From IMG/VR virus record IMGVR_UViG_3300024358_000009, positions 142,327-206,326 of that record: a stretch of DNA of 64,000 bases, one strand, 5' to 3'. Under the pieces are notes generated by a model. It was not told the DNA's origin. It worked only from the letters and a program-made list of their open reading frames with translations, and ran no database searches. Shown in pieces: positions 1-9,798 of this stretch (position 1 is its first letter; each line of letters opens with the position of its first letter). The position numbers and the translations under genes were made by a program.

Positions 1-187
1 AGGTTTTGAGGTTAGGTTATTGTCCTCCCGACCTTTTGCAATATGTCGAAAGGGCTTGCAAAGAAATTGCTGCTGACCTTGAAGCGAAAGGTTTAATAGG
101 TGATACATTAATCGAAGAAGACGAATACACATATGAGGATTATTTAGCTGACAAGGCAGACAAAGAATATTACGAAAGGAACTAATC

Positions 188-619
188 ATGTTTAAGTTTG
201 TAGAAAAGCTATTTGGTTTTGATAGTGGTCGAATTGAGTATCTTGAATCGAAATGTTTGGAACAATCGGAGCTAATTAAAAACCTTGCAGAAGGATTTAA
301 AGAACAAACATTGTTATTGCAAAAGATAAGTGAACGAAAGCAAGATATTGACTATGACAGAATTGATATAGATTACTACGATTTGGCAAACAAGATTAAT
401 TTAAAAGCCGTAGCTAGTGGAGTAGGTCTTAAATATCTAGCAGAAGAAATTGATCTTGGCGAATTAGCCAACAATATCAGCCTAGATGATTTAAGTAGTT
501 ATTTCAATGTGGATGAAGTAGCAGCTAACTTAGACTTAAATGAGGATGATTTTGTAGATACTATTGCAGAAAAAGTTTTGGAAAAACTTGTAAATAAATA
601 TAGGGCGAAAGCCGAATAA
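188..619 (+). CDS. Hypothetical protein with about 7 tandem 9-aa repeats
   Basis: RBS GAAAGGA. Repeats of the form (I/L)D(L/Y)xxLAxx in the C-terminal half. Confidence 0.8.
   Translation: MFKFVEKLFGFDSGRIEYLESKCLEQSELIKNLAEGFKEQTLLLQKISERKQDIDYDRIDIDYYDLANKINLKAVASGVGLKYLAEEIDLGELANNISLDDLSSYFNVDEVAANLDLNEDDFVDTIAEKVLEKLVNKYRAKAE
591..619 (+). promoter_or_regulatory. Copy of the repeated phage promoter motif TAAA-N17/18-CGAATAA
   Basis: TAAA at 591, CGAATAA at 613 (spacer 18 here), followed by GTATATAG and RBS GAAAGGAG. Confidence 0.7.
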
Positions 620-640
620 GTATATAGAAAGGAGATGGTC

Positions 641-784
641 ATGATTAAGTTTACTCTGACAACTAAACAATTTGAACGCAGAGGCGTTATGGCAAGAGGA
701 AGCTCACGCTTTAAGGACGAAAGAAAAAATCCTAAAGGCGGTAGAAGTGGCGACAAAGTTAGATTTAAGAAGGGAGAATACTAA
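641..784 (+). CDS. Small basic protein (47 aa, not in ORF track)
   Basis: ATG after GAAAGGAG. MIKFTLTTKQFERRGVMARGSSRFKDERKNPKGGRSGDKVRFKKGEY. Confidence 0.6.
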   Translation: MIKFTLTTKQFERRGVMARGSSRFKDERKNPKGGRSGDKVRFKKGEY

Positions 785-1273
785 AATGGATGTTGATGTA
801 ACACTAAGTTTGGTTGAAATAAAACAAATTGTAGAATCTTTGAGATACGAAGTTAGGGTAAGCAATTACATGAGAAAACATCGTAGTGAATACGCAAACC
901 ATCTTATTGAACTATCCAATAGGTTGGAAAAAATAATGATCTATCATGCAAGGAAGGATGATAAAGTTAGATGCGAACAACCTTAGTCAAGGTTAATGTA
1001 GAGTTTATCTTGCCAGCATATCTAAGAACTAAAGAAGAAGTGGCAAGCTATATCAACACACATCTTAAGAACAACAACAATCTTAAGTATGTAATGCTTA
1101 TCGAAGGCGATGTAGAAGATTTTAACATTCAAGCAGAAAGGTTTTAACTATGATTGATTTTCTTTGCTCAATGTATTTTGCTTTGGAGTTTTACCAAATG
1201 GAAGTAATCTTTAACTTGTTCGGTGATAGGATTTTGCTTTAGACTTCTTAGAGGAATATTTCCTCTGCTAAAG

Positions 1274-1303
1274 ATTTTATCAACCCGCCCAAAATCCTGT
1301 CAA
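1274..1303 (-). promoter_or_regulatory. sigma70-type promoter, antisense to the early ORFs
   Basis: Minus strand reads TTGACA-N18-TAAAAT with extended -10 TG. Confidence 0.5.
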
Positions 1304-1596
1304 GAAAAATCCGTAAGGATTTGCAAAATAGATGAACTTTTATGAAACTTGGTTTGCTACTTTCCCAAGGGGCAAAAAAAGTAGCACTTTTAATAATGTG
1401 CTGACAGTAAGCACTTTGTTTTCATTTATTGATATAAACTCTTTGGGTTCAATGACTTATGTTTATTTTTTAAATTCTTCTTGTAAGGAATACTGGTATG
1501 TTTTCCTTACAAATATAGTGGGTAGGCTTGTCCTACCCCTTCTAAATTGACCGAAATTGGATATCTTTATCTAATTGTAATTTTAAAAAATTTTTG

Positions 1597-1624
1597 TAAA
1601 TAATTTTTATTAGCTGACGAATAA
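1597..1624 (+). promoter_or_regulatory. Phage promoter motif TAAA-N17-CGAATAA
   Basis: Exact motif and spacing. Further copies are listed under findings. Confidence 0.75.
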
Positions 1625-2027
1625 GTATATATAGAGAGGAGTAACTATTAAAATTTGAGTTATGAGTGGGAGTTCCTGCTTTCCAAAAGGAGAGGATGAG
1701 GGGAGCCTGGAAACTAATTAGATATGTTTATCTTATTATCTATTTAAGAATTTTTTTATTTTTATATAAATAAATCTGTATGGCCAACGAATAAGATTAT
1801 GTAAGAGGAAAGGAAAAGAAAATGAAATATGAAATAACAAGAGAATTCATCGGTGGTTTATTGAATGGGTTAATCATTACCCAAACCATGAATAGTGATT
1901 GTGGTTATTATGTTGGGCAAGTTGTGAAAAATCCATATGGTAACACTTCTCCATATAAAATTTTGGAAATTAGGAAATATTCTCCAATGGTCGGCGAATA
2001 AGTCTATATAGAAGAAAGGAAAGTAAA

Positions 2028-2300
2028 ATGGAAGTTAATGTAAGGGATTCAAGAAGCGTTGCAATTGGGGTCAAATATATTGGCCCAACCAATACAAGAG
2101 GTGCAAAGGTTAAAGCCTTTGTAAGATCGGCGACAAGGATGATACATAAAATTGAAATGCCTTGGGATCATGAATTCGATAATTCTGTAAATTACTGCAA
2201 TGCAGCAAAAAAATTGGTAGAAAAGATGCATTGGAGTGGAAATTTGGTCGGCGGTTGGTTAGGCGATCAATATGTGTGCGTATTCGAAAAGTGGAATTAA
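2028..2300 (+). CDS. Conserved hypothetical phage protein
   Basis: Own promoter motif (1974-2001) and RBS. KYIGPTNTRGAKVKA motif. Confidence 0.75.
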   Translation: MEVNVRDSRSVAIGVKYIGPTNTRGAKVKAFVRSATRMIHKIEMPWDHEFDNSVNYCNAAKKLVEKMHWSGNLVGGWLGDQYVCVFEKWN

Positions 2301-2395
2301 TTTTGGAAATATTTGCCAATGGTTGGCGAATAAGTATATGTAAGGTTGAGAGTTTTAATTTATAGGGCTGAAAGCCCAAGAAAGGTTTGGTCATC

Positions 2396-3532
2396 ATGTC
2401 TAATGGTAGCATCGGTATTCGTTCTGTGCGTGGTTTTTCCGGTTCGGCTTATGCTGGTGTAATCGAAAGATTCAACAATCGTAAGGATCATTATCATGAC
2501 AGTCTTTGCACTGTTGCCGGTGAATCCGCTAGGGTTCGTCCAGTTGTAGTCGATGGTAAGTTCCAGCTTCTGGATAAGAAGAACGAAAAGTTCTATACTC
2601 CAACAAAACACGCTCTTAGTCAATTCGCTCAGAAGACTAAGTGGGGTTCTTATACAATCAATAAGTTGGCAGAGTCTAAAGATGTACGCCATCACAATAT
2701 ATTGCGTGACCTTCTTGATATTTCTTTCCAAGAGTTCGGAGGAGAATATCTCTTTAGGTTCAACGATCAGGATGATACCTGTCGGGCGTTTTTGAGTGAT
2801 CGTTACGCAATCATTAATAATGGATGGGTATTGGATGAAGTCCAGAAGTTCCTACCAGCTGAATGCAAAGATGCGGTAGCTATGGATAAGTCCGGCGAAG
2901 ACTTTATCAACTTCATGGTAGTGCTACCAAGTAGCCTTAAGTCTTCCGATGATAGCGACTATCAAGGTTTGATCAAGGTTAAGAACTCTGAGATTGGCAC
3001 TCATCGCCTTGATGTTACTGCCGGTGTCTTCCGCACTATTTGTTCTAATGGTGCAATCGGTTGGGTTAAGCATAACGATGTAAGTGTAGTCCATCGTGGT
3101 AAGGTAGACTTCGAGCTTTTGGCTAATCATATTCAGTCGGCTATTAGCTCACATATTCAGGCTATGCCTACCATGATTGAAAAGCTTTTAGGTACTAAGC
3201 AAATGGGTTGGGATGGATCAATGACCCCCCTGTTTGCCTCTGTCGCTCAAACCTATAAGTTGAGCAAGAACGAAGTGGAGTCCGTTCATACGGCATGGGG
3301 TGTAGAACGCAATGAGACTCCTCAATATGCCAAGACCCTGTTCGGCGTGGTTAATAGCCTAACAAGGGGTAGTCAACGGATGGTTGAGTCTTCTTGGGAA
3401 AAGCTTAACGACATTGGTGGTGAGTTGGCCAATTACGATGAAAGTGATTGGACTGGCCTTAAAGCCAAGGCTAGGGCAATGACCTCCAAGGATGTTGAGA
3501 ATGTCTTGGGCAAGGAACTATCCTTCGCCTAA
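2396..3532 (+). CDS. DUF932/DUF945-family phage/plasmid protein
   Basis: LSDRYAII, KNSEIG and GVFRTICSNG motifs. Promoter motif 2306-2333. Higher GC and biased codons. Confidence 0.75.
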   Translation: MSNGSIGIRSVRGFSGSAYAGVIERFNNRKDHYHDSLCTVAGESARVRPVVVDGKFQLLDKKNEKFYTPTKHALSQFAQKTKWGSYTINKLAESKDVRHHNILRDLLDISFQEFGGEYLFRFNDQDDTCRAFLSDRYAIINNGWVLDEVQKFLPAECKDAVAMDKSGEDFINFMVVLPSSLKSSDDSDYQGLIKVKNSEIGTHRLDVTAGVFRTICSNGAIGWVKHNDVSVVHRGKVDFELLANHIQSAISSHIQAMPTMIEKLLGTKQMGWDGSMTPLFASVAQTYKLSKNEVESVHTAWGVERNETPQYAKTLFGVVNSLTRGSQRMVESSWEKLNDIGGELANYDESDWTGLKAKARAMTSKDVENVLGKELSFA

Positions 3533-3542
3533 GATAACCCAA

Positions 3543-3616
3543 GGGGATGTAGACCAACAGGCAGAGTCAAAGGACTTAAAATCCTTCCAGTATGGGTTCG
3601 ACTCCCATCATCCCTA
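3543..3616 (+). tRNA. tRNA-Leu(UAA), short variable loop, CCA not encoded
   Basis: Acceptor GGGGATG/CATCCCT, anticodon arm AAGGA-CTTAAAA-TCCTT, T arm ATGGG-TTCGACT-CCCAT, A73. Confidence 0.92.
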
Positions 3617-3619
3617 ATC

Positions 3620-3719
3620 CCCGCCTTACCTTTCGGGCGGGTTCCCCCATCCAGCTTGTTTCGTTTCCTTTCAGGCTGGATGCCGTCTAGGGGTGGCCTT
3701 GACCTCTCCATCCCTAGAC
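3620..3719 (+). ncRNA. Candidate sRNA: three hairpins with pyrimidine-rich loops in the tRNA 3' trailer
   Basis: 7-, 11- and 12-bp stems. Each has a G-U pair that forms only on the + strand. Confidence 0.45.
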
Positions 3720-3917
3720 ATTCTTATAAATATTTTTACCTCTGTATCGAATAAGATTATATAGAGGTAACCTGCTTGTCTTAGCAATGATAAGCGGGTC
3801 GCTGGGGTATTTTACCCATATTATCTAAGTCTATATAGGCGTACCTCATCCCCAATTCCCCTTATGGAAGGCCAAGTGGGCGGGTTTTCAGCGATTCCCT
3901 CACGCTCCTGTATATAC

Positions 3918-3945
3918 TTATTCGTTATAGAAGCGGAAATATTTT
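3918..3945 (-). promoter_or_regulatory. Minus-strand copy of the phage promoter motif
   Basis: Reverse complement reads AAAA-N17-CGAATAAGTATATA. Confidence 0.65.
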
Positions 3946-4008
3946 TTTAATTTTATTTAAAATATTTTTGGTTGGTGAGCGAATAAGACTATATAAAGGA
4001 GAAAGCAA

Positions 4009-4353
4009 ATGAAGACATATCCAAAAGAGAAAGTTATAGGCCAATTCAAGGTAAAAGCCGTGGATGGATGCATAGTTAAGCCTGAGAAATGGCCTTTTGG
4101 AAGGCTTTTGATGCCATCTAGCTGGGAACCGGCAGGGCATTACCTACAAAGAGGGTGGGGAGAACATGAAGGTAGCATAGCAGTTAATGTATATATAACA
4201 GGTAGAACCATAAAGTATAACTTTAAACATGGTCACCATATAGCTATCCTTTTAGAATTTGTCGGGGATTGTGAACCAAGTACCTACACTTACGGAATCC
4301 TAGAAGTAAGATTAAACAACGGAAGCATGGAGAGAATTGATGTAAGTCCTTGA
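4009..4353 (+). CDS. Hypothetical protein
   Basis: Promoter motif 3959-3986 and RBS AAGGAG. Confidence 0.75.
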   Translation: MKTYPKEKVIGQFKVKAVDGCIVKPEKWPFGRLLMPSSWEPAGHYLQRGWGEHEGSIAVNVYITGRTIKYNFKHGHHIAILLEFVGDCEPSTYTYGILEVRLNNGSMERIDVSP

Positions 4354-4637
4354 GATATAAGGGTTTAAAAAATTTTAGAATTTTTATATTATGTGCGACC
4401 CAATTATATTGGAATATGCCCATAATACCCCCTTAAACCCTAGTCCTCTCTCCTCTGTATGGTATGTACTTACATATACCTTATATATAAAGGAGTTATG
4501 TCAAATGCTTATATTAAGAGGAGTGTTAAAAAGTGGAGAAAAGTGGTGAAAAAGCCCAAAGAAAACCCCTCAAATAATACATCGAACAAAGTAAATAATT
4601 CACCCTCATAAGCGAATAAGTATATAAGGAGATAGAT

Positions 4638-7600
4638 ATGAAGGATGATTTAAAGCATAGATGTGAAGACCTATATATAGTCGAAGGGGCATCTGCTGTT
4701 TTTGACTATTGCCAGTCTATTGACCATAAAGACTATGGGGATTGTGACCAATGCCAGACTTATGTTCCTATATATAAAGATTGTTGTCTTCTTTGCGGAA
4801 CAGAATTAAAAAGAGTAAACAAAACTGTATAGATAACGAATAAGTATATAAGAGAAGTTATACATAAGGAGATTAGACATGGCTTTTACTTGGAGTGCTT
4901 CAGAGTGTGATGAGAACAATATTAAAAATGTTCATAATACAGATCAGGATAGAATAGCTTGGGCTTGTTTAGATATTGGCCTGAGTGGTATTACCCTTAA
5001 GAACTATAAAGAGTTCTACAGAAGAATGAGGCTTAGGGGCGAACTGTTCAATATCTATAAGGAGTTGACGCTAAATCACATATTTAACTGTATAGGTTTG
5101 GTCACATCTGCTGCTGATTTAAGCAAGTCTGATTTTCACAAGAAGACTATAGAGCTATTTAACTATCAGGTGGAAAGAGAAATAGCTTGTGGCCGTATCC
5201 CATAGTGTTTTTGAATTGATATAACTTGTTATTTGATAAGGAGTTATGGAAATGGTTACAAACAACACCAATACACATAGATACTTTGCCGAAGTCTTCT
5301 TCCGTTCTAAGAAGGGAAACCCCTGTGCATATCATCTGTATATGGATGGTAAAGATGAGGAGGAAGTATATGGGAATATAGTAGGGAAGGTAAAGAGACT
5401 TAAGTATTTTGACAGAGTAGATAGAGTGGACATAGTAAAAATGCAACCCCTTGATAAATAAGGACTTATATCAAATGAATAATGCACAATTCGACAATGA
5501 TATTCCCCCAATGATCTTTGAATTTAGGTTCACTTCCTACAACAAACAAGGTCAAGCTTATGAATCCAATAGGATGGTCAAGGCTTGTGGTATAGATCAT
5601 GCAGTAGAGAAATTTAACGAGGAATTTACAGATTGGGGAGAAGAAGTACCAAAGTGGGATTTAATGAACATTATGGCTATTGAAAGTAAATAAATAGCTG
5701 TTAGGGCGAATATGTAAATATAAGGATGTAGCAAACATAAGGAGGGTCAAACAATGGATGATTTCAAATATTACATTGGTGAAATTCTAGAGATTAATTG
5801 TGGTTTTGAATACGAAACAAAGTACATATTTAAAATATATGAAGATGAATCTACAGATGAACATACAGATAGAGTAGCAATGAATTGGAGGGGCGGTAGC
5901 AAGCATGATTGGGATGTAAATGAGGGCTGTTATAGATGTAGTCATACATTTATCTTTGATTCTGGATGTAAGGAAATAAGCAAAGAAGAATTCGATGTAC
6001 TATCTGAACATCTTGCCATTGTATAGAAAGGCAAATCATGGATAAGTCTAAAAAAGAACTAATACATACTGTAATTAAACAGATAGTCGATGATACAAAA
6101 CATAACTATTATGAGGGTATAACAGCATTACTTAACCATATAGATACATACAAGCTTATAGCTTTTTTACCAGAAGAAATGCATGAGAAATGGAGGGGCG
6201 ATGACTTTTAAAATTTTTAGAGAAGAACTTGTACACGAAGTATTCGACATGGTTTTAAACCATATAGATAATGATGACTATTCAGTCATATGGAAGATAT
6301 TAGATCGTATGGACATATATGAGCTAGTGGCTTTATTGCCTAAAGAACAGCGTGAGAAGTGGGATAGTTCTATTGTATAAAGGAGTAAACAATGTCTTTG
6401 AATTTAAGACAACAAGTGACATACGACATATGGAACAAAGTATTTTCAAATGTAGGTAATGAACACTACCAAACCATATGCAACATACTGGATAAACTAG
6501 ATATCTTTGACCTGTTAGGCATCTTGCCCAAAGAACATCGTAAGAAGTTTGAAGGTTATGTTATTAATTCAGATGTAATGGAGAAATAACATGGAAAGAC
6601 AAGAAAAAATCAACATTTTGATGGCCCATGACATTATGCAAATTAGAGAAGATATAGAAAATGGAGATTATGAGCTTGTTTGTTCTATTCTACAGGGAGA
6701 AGGATGGGAGCAATACAATAAGCTTACAGACTACCAAATAGATGGTGAACTTGAGGACAGATTTGTTTATGTCAATTTAAATGACAAGATTATTGATTTG
6801 GCTAATAGATTAAACGGCAAGCCTATCAAGTTAGAAACATAATACCGCCACTTATTAAAATATGGAGGTATTTTGACGAATATATAAATATAAGAAGGAG
6901 GACAGACATGAAGTTAGATATTAAAAATATGTGCGTAGTATCTGGAAAAAACAAATATCAAATTTCTTTTGATGATATAAACATCGGCGATCAAGTATAC
7001 AACCCATTATCAGATGTTCTAATTCATATAGATGAAGATGATGACATTGAATATGTAAATAATAATTATTTTAAAATCTGTTAATATTTTTTAGTAAACT
7101 GCGAATAAATATATAGGAAAGGGGATTAGCAATGAATGAAAAGCTAGAAGATTTGAAATGGTTAGATGGACGAAAGGTTTTAAACTTTGTTGGTATTTTA
7201 CCAGACGATGAGCATCAAGAATGTATTGACTGCAAGTTCACAGGACAAGTTCATGCTGAGTTTGAAGTAGAAGGATTGGAAGAAGCTGAAGTAGTTTGCC
7301 CAAAGTGTGCAAGCCTACATTACTACATTGTTTAGTACCTATACATGAAGGAAATCAATCATGAAAATCAAAGTATCGGACAGGGCGATATATGGATATA
7401 TACCAACAGAAAATCCAAATGTATTTAATAGAAAAAGCGTAGTATTTATAAAAGACCGAGGTTATTTATTCCAAGAAAATTCAGTAAAGATCATTAAACA
7501 AATATTGGATGGCATCGTATATGAAATAGAAGAATCAACACCATATGATGCTAAAACGATTATGTTGGAAAATCCAAGAAGGTATAGCAAGAAAAGGTTG

Positions 7601-8293
7601 GGCGAACTTTTTGACATTCATGTAAAAGGAAATACCAATGAAGGAAATTAAGTATATCTATGTAGATGTAACAGCTAGGGTTTGTATATCTACATACGAA
7701 GACGATAAAGAGAACTCCATCCGTGGACTTAAACCAGATTTTGTTTCTACAGTTGGTGATTATGTAGAGTGGGTAAAAGTTGAAAAAGTTAATGAATTGA
7801 AAGTTTAAGGAGCAAACATGGAAAGTAATTTGAATGAAATCGCCCAAGGTGCAATTCATGGTGATTTTTTGGCTGATGTAAGTAAAGTTGGTGAAAACTT
7901 TGTTGTCAGCATTAAACACTATAAGCATGATGAAGACCATTGCCGTGGACAAAATCAAGTAGTTGGCGAACTACATAAGGCTATTGGGGCATTAAACCTC
8001 AATAAGCTTGAGAACATCACGCATGGTGGCGGTTTTGCTTGTGTAAAATGTAAGTAATAAAAGTTTAAAAGGATAGTATCATGGCTAAAGTTTCTATCAA
8101 TGCTGAAAACGCTTCTAACGCTTTTTTTAATGTGGCTGATGTAATTGAGTCATTAAAAAGGTTTGACAATGTTTTGGAATCCCCTATTTCAGATGACGAT
8201 GATAATGGTTATTCCATCGGCGATTGTCTAGATGACATAAAAGCATTTCTTCAACAGCTAGATGAAGAATGTATATCATCTGACAAAAACTAA
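4638..8293 (+). other. Cluster of about 15 small hypothetical early-type ORFs
   Basis: Closely packed 55-110 aa ORFs with AGGAG-type RBSs. Several are preceded by the promoter motif. Confidence 0.75.
6038..6211 (+). CDS. 57-aa protein, first of a tandem paralog array (not in ORF track)
   Basis: MDKSKKEL...NYYEGITALLNHIDTYKLIAFLPEEMHEKW, similar to the ORFs at 6201 and 6392. Confidence 0.7.
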   Translation: MDKSKKELIHTVIKQIVDDTKHNYYEGITALLNHIDTYKLIAFLPEEMHEKWRGDDF

Positions 8294-8341
8294 TAATAAA
8301 ATTAGGGTCTGTAGCTCAATAGGTTAGAGCAAGCGACTCAT

Positions 8342-9092
8342 CTGAGGTTGTCTTCTTGGTTCAAATGGTGTAATATAATTACAGTATTACACTATAAGGA
8401 GACAACATGAAAAGCGATGTAAGAATCTTAAATGGTTATAGACTTATATTTTTGCCAGAACACTCAAGAGCTATGAAAAATAGCAATTGGGAAGGATATG
8501 TTTATGAACATATCGTAGTTGCTGAAGAATGTGTTGGTCGTAACTTAAAAGATGAAGAAGTTGTGCATCATTTAAATGGCAAAAGAGATGATAATAGACA
8601 TCAAAATCTATTAGTTCTCGAAAGAAGCCAACACGCTAAACTTCACGCTTGGATAGACTCAGGTGCTTCTGGTTTGGAAACTGCCAGAAAGAATCGGATG
8701 AATTCAATGAAAATGTCACATAATGAACCTAAATTTTGCAAAATTTGTTTTCGGACACTACAAGATAAACAATCAAAATTTTGTGGTATTGATTGTCAAT
8801 CTTTAGGAACTCGTATTGTTAATAGACCTGAAAAAAATCAATTAAAAGAAGATATTGAAAAAATGTCTTTTGTAAAAATTGGTAAAAAGTATGGTGTTTC
8901 AGACAATACGATAAGAAAATGGGCTAAGCAATATGGAATTATGCCATCAACATTGAGCCAAGCCATTGGTACACCAATGGAAGGTGCAGAGACTAGCGGA
9001 GAGGTAAAGCCCTCTTAATAACCGCACTAGCGTCCGATATCCTTATGGGATAATGATATAGTCCATGGAGGGTAGAAATACCCACAAACATG
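8342..9092 (+). mobile_element. Group I intron (751 nt) with homing endonuclease
   Basis: P1 CAU|CUGAG pairs with CUCAGGUG (8658-8665, U-G at the splice site). P3 8694-8700/9031-9037. P4 8703-8709/8951-8957. R element CAGAGACTAG at 8987, S element GATATAGTCC at 9055, terminal G at 9092. Confidence 0.9.
8407..9018 (+). CDS. Intron-encoded HNH homing endonuclease with C-terminal Cys motif and HTH
   Basis: YVYEHIVVAE...EVVHHLNGKRDDNRHQNL...H. HTH IGKKYGVSDNTIRKW. Confidence 0.9.
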   Translation: MKSDVRILNGYRLIFLPEHSRAMKNSNWEGYVYEHIVVAEECVGRNLKDEEVVHHLNGKRDDNRHQNLLVLERSQHAKLHAWIDSGASGLETARKNRMNSMKMSHNEPKFCKICFRTLQDKQSKFCGIDCQSLGTRIVNRPEKNQLKEDIEKMSFVKIGKKYGVSDNTIRKWAKQYGIMPSTLSQAIGTPMEGAETSGEVKPS

Positions 9093-9725
9093 AATCGCTA
9101 GGTTTTCGGTTCAAATCCGAACAGACCCATTAAATAAACATTCTTTATCAACGGAGATAAATAATAATGCCCAGAACATTCCAAGCTAAGATTGTAATAT
9201 TTGTCGAAGTTGATGTTCCTGACAATATGCCAGAATTAAATGTTGAAAGCTGGGTTAATTATGAGGCTAAACTTTTGGCAAATAAAATGTTGTGGGATGA
9301 AAAAACTAAATTTGAAATAGTTCATGTGGAATAAAAATATGACAAGAAAAGATTTCTTAGAACTGGTAGATAGATCAAGGATGACAAACAGCGAAAGAAT
9401 AAATGCTGGACTTCCTCTTGCAGAAGAAGATATTAGGCGAGTTCTAGATGAGTGTTATCCATATTTAAAGAAGTCAAAGGAATGGGAAAATGATAGAGAT
9501 GGGTAATGGCTGGACTGTTAGCTTAAAAGACAATTCGTGTTTGAATAAACTATCATATCAAGAAAAGAAAAAATGGTGGAATGATATAAAAAAAGTAACA
9601 CCAATTCAATTTTCAGTAAAGGAAAAGGCAGATACAGCGAAGATATTATTAGAGAGAAGAACGAAATTTGAGTGGATTGTTACTAACACTCTTTTTCTTG
9701 GTCACTATCACGAAAAGAGACAAAG

Positions 9726-9798
9726 GGGCGTGTAGACCAATGGCAGAGTCAAAGGACTTAAAATCCTTCAAGTATGGGTTCGACTCCCATCACGCCTA
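9726..9798 (+). tRNA. tRNA-Leu(UAA), second copy, short variable loop
   Basis: Nearly identical to 3543-3616, with a compensated acceptor stem GGGCGTG/CACGCCT. Confidence 0.92.

Larger units (their letters stand above)
8305..9129 (+). tRNA. tRNA(CAU), probably Ile2, split by a group I intron (exons 8305-8341 and 9093-9129)
   Basis: Joined exons give a full cloverleaf: GGGTCTG/CAGACCC, AGCGA-CTCATAA-TCGCT, TTCGG-TTCAAAT-CCGAA. The anticodon arm is of the bacterial Ile2 type. Confidence 0.9.

Noticed and set aside
3617-3719. Theta/HDV-like or hammerhead ribozyme after tRNA-Leu
   Set aside because: The trailer does not start with the G-initiated P1 pseudoknot, and the minus-strand CTGAAAG...GAAA does not match the CUGANGA core.
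3765-3905. Cobalamin riboswitch on the minus strand
   Set aside because: AGGGAA and CCACT fragments are present, but the required stems do not pair and there is no downstream gene.
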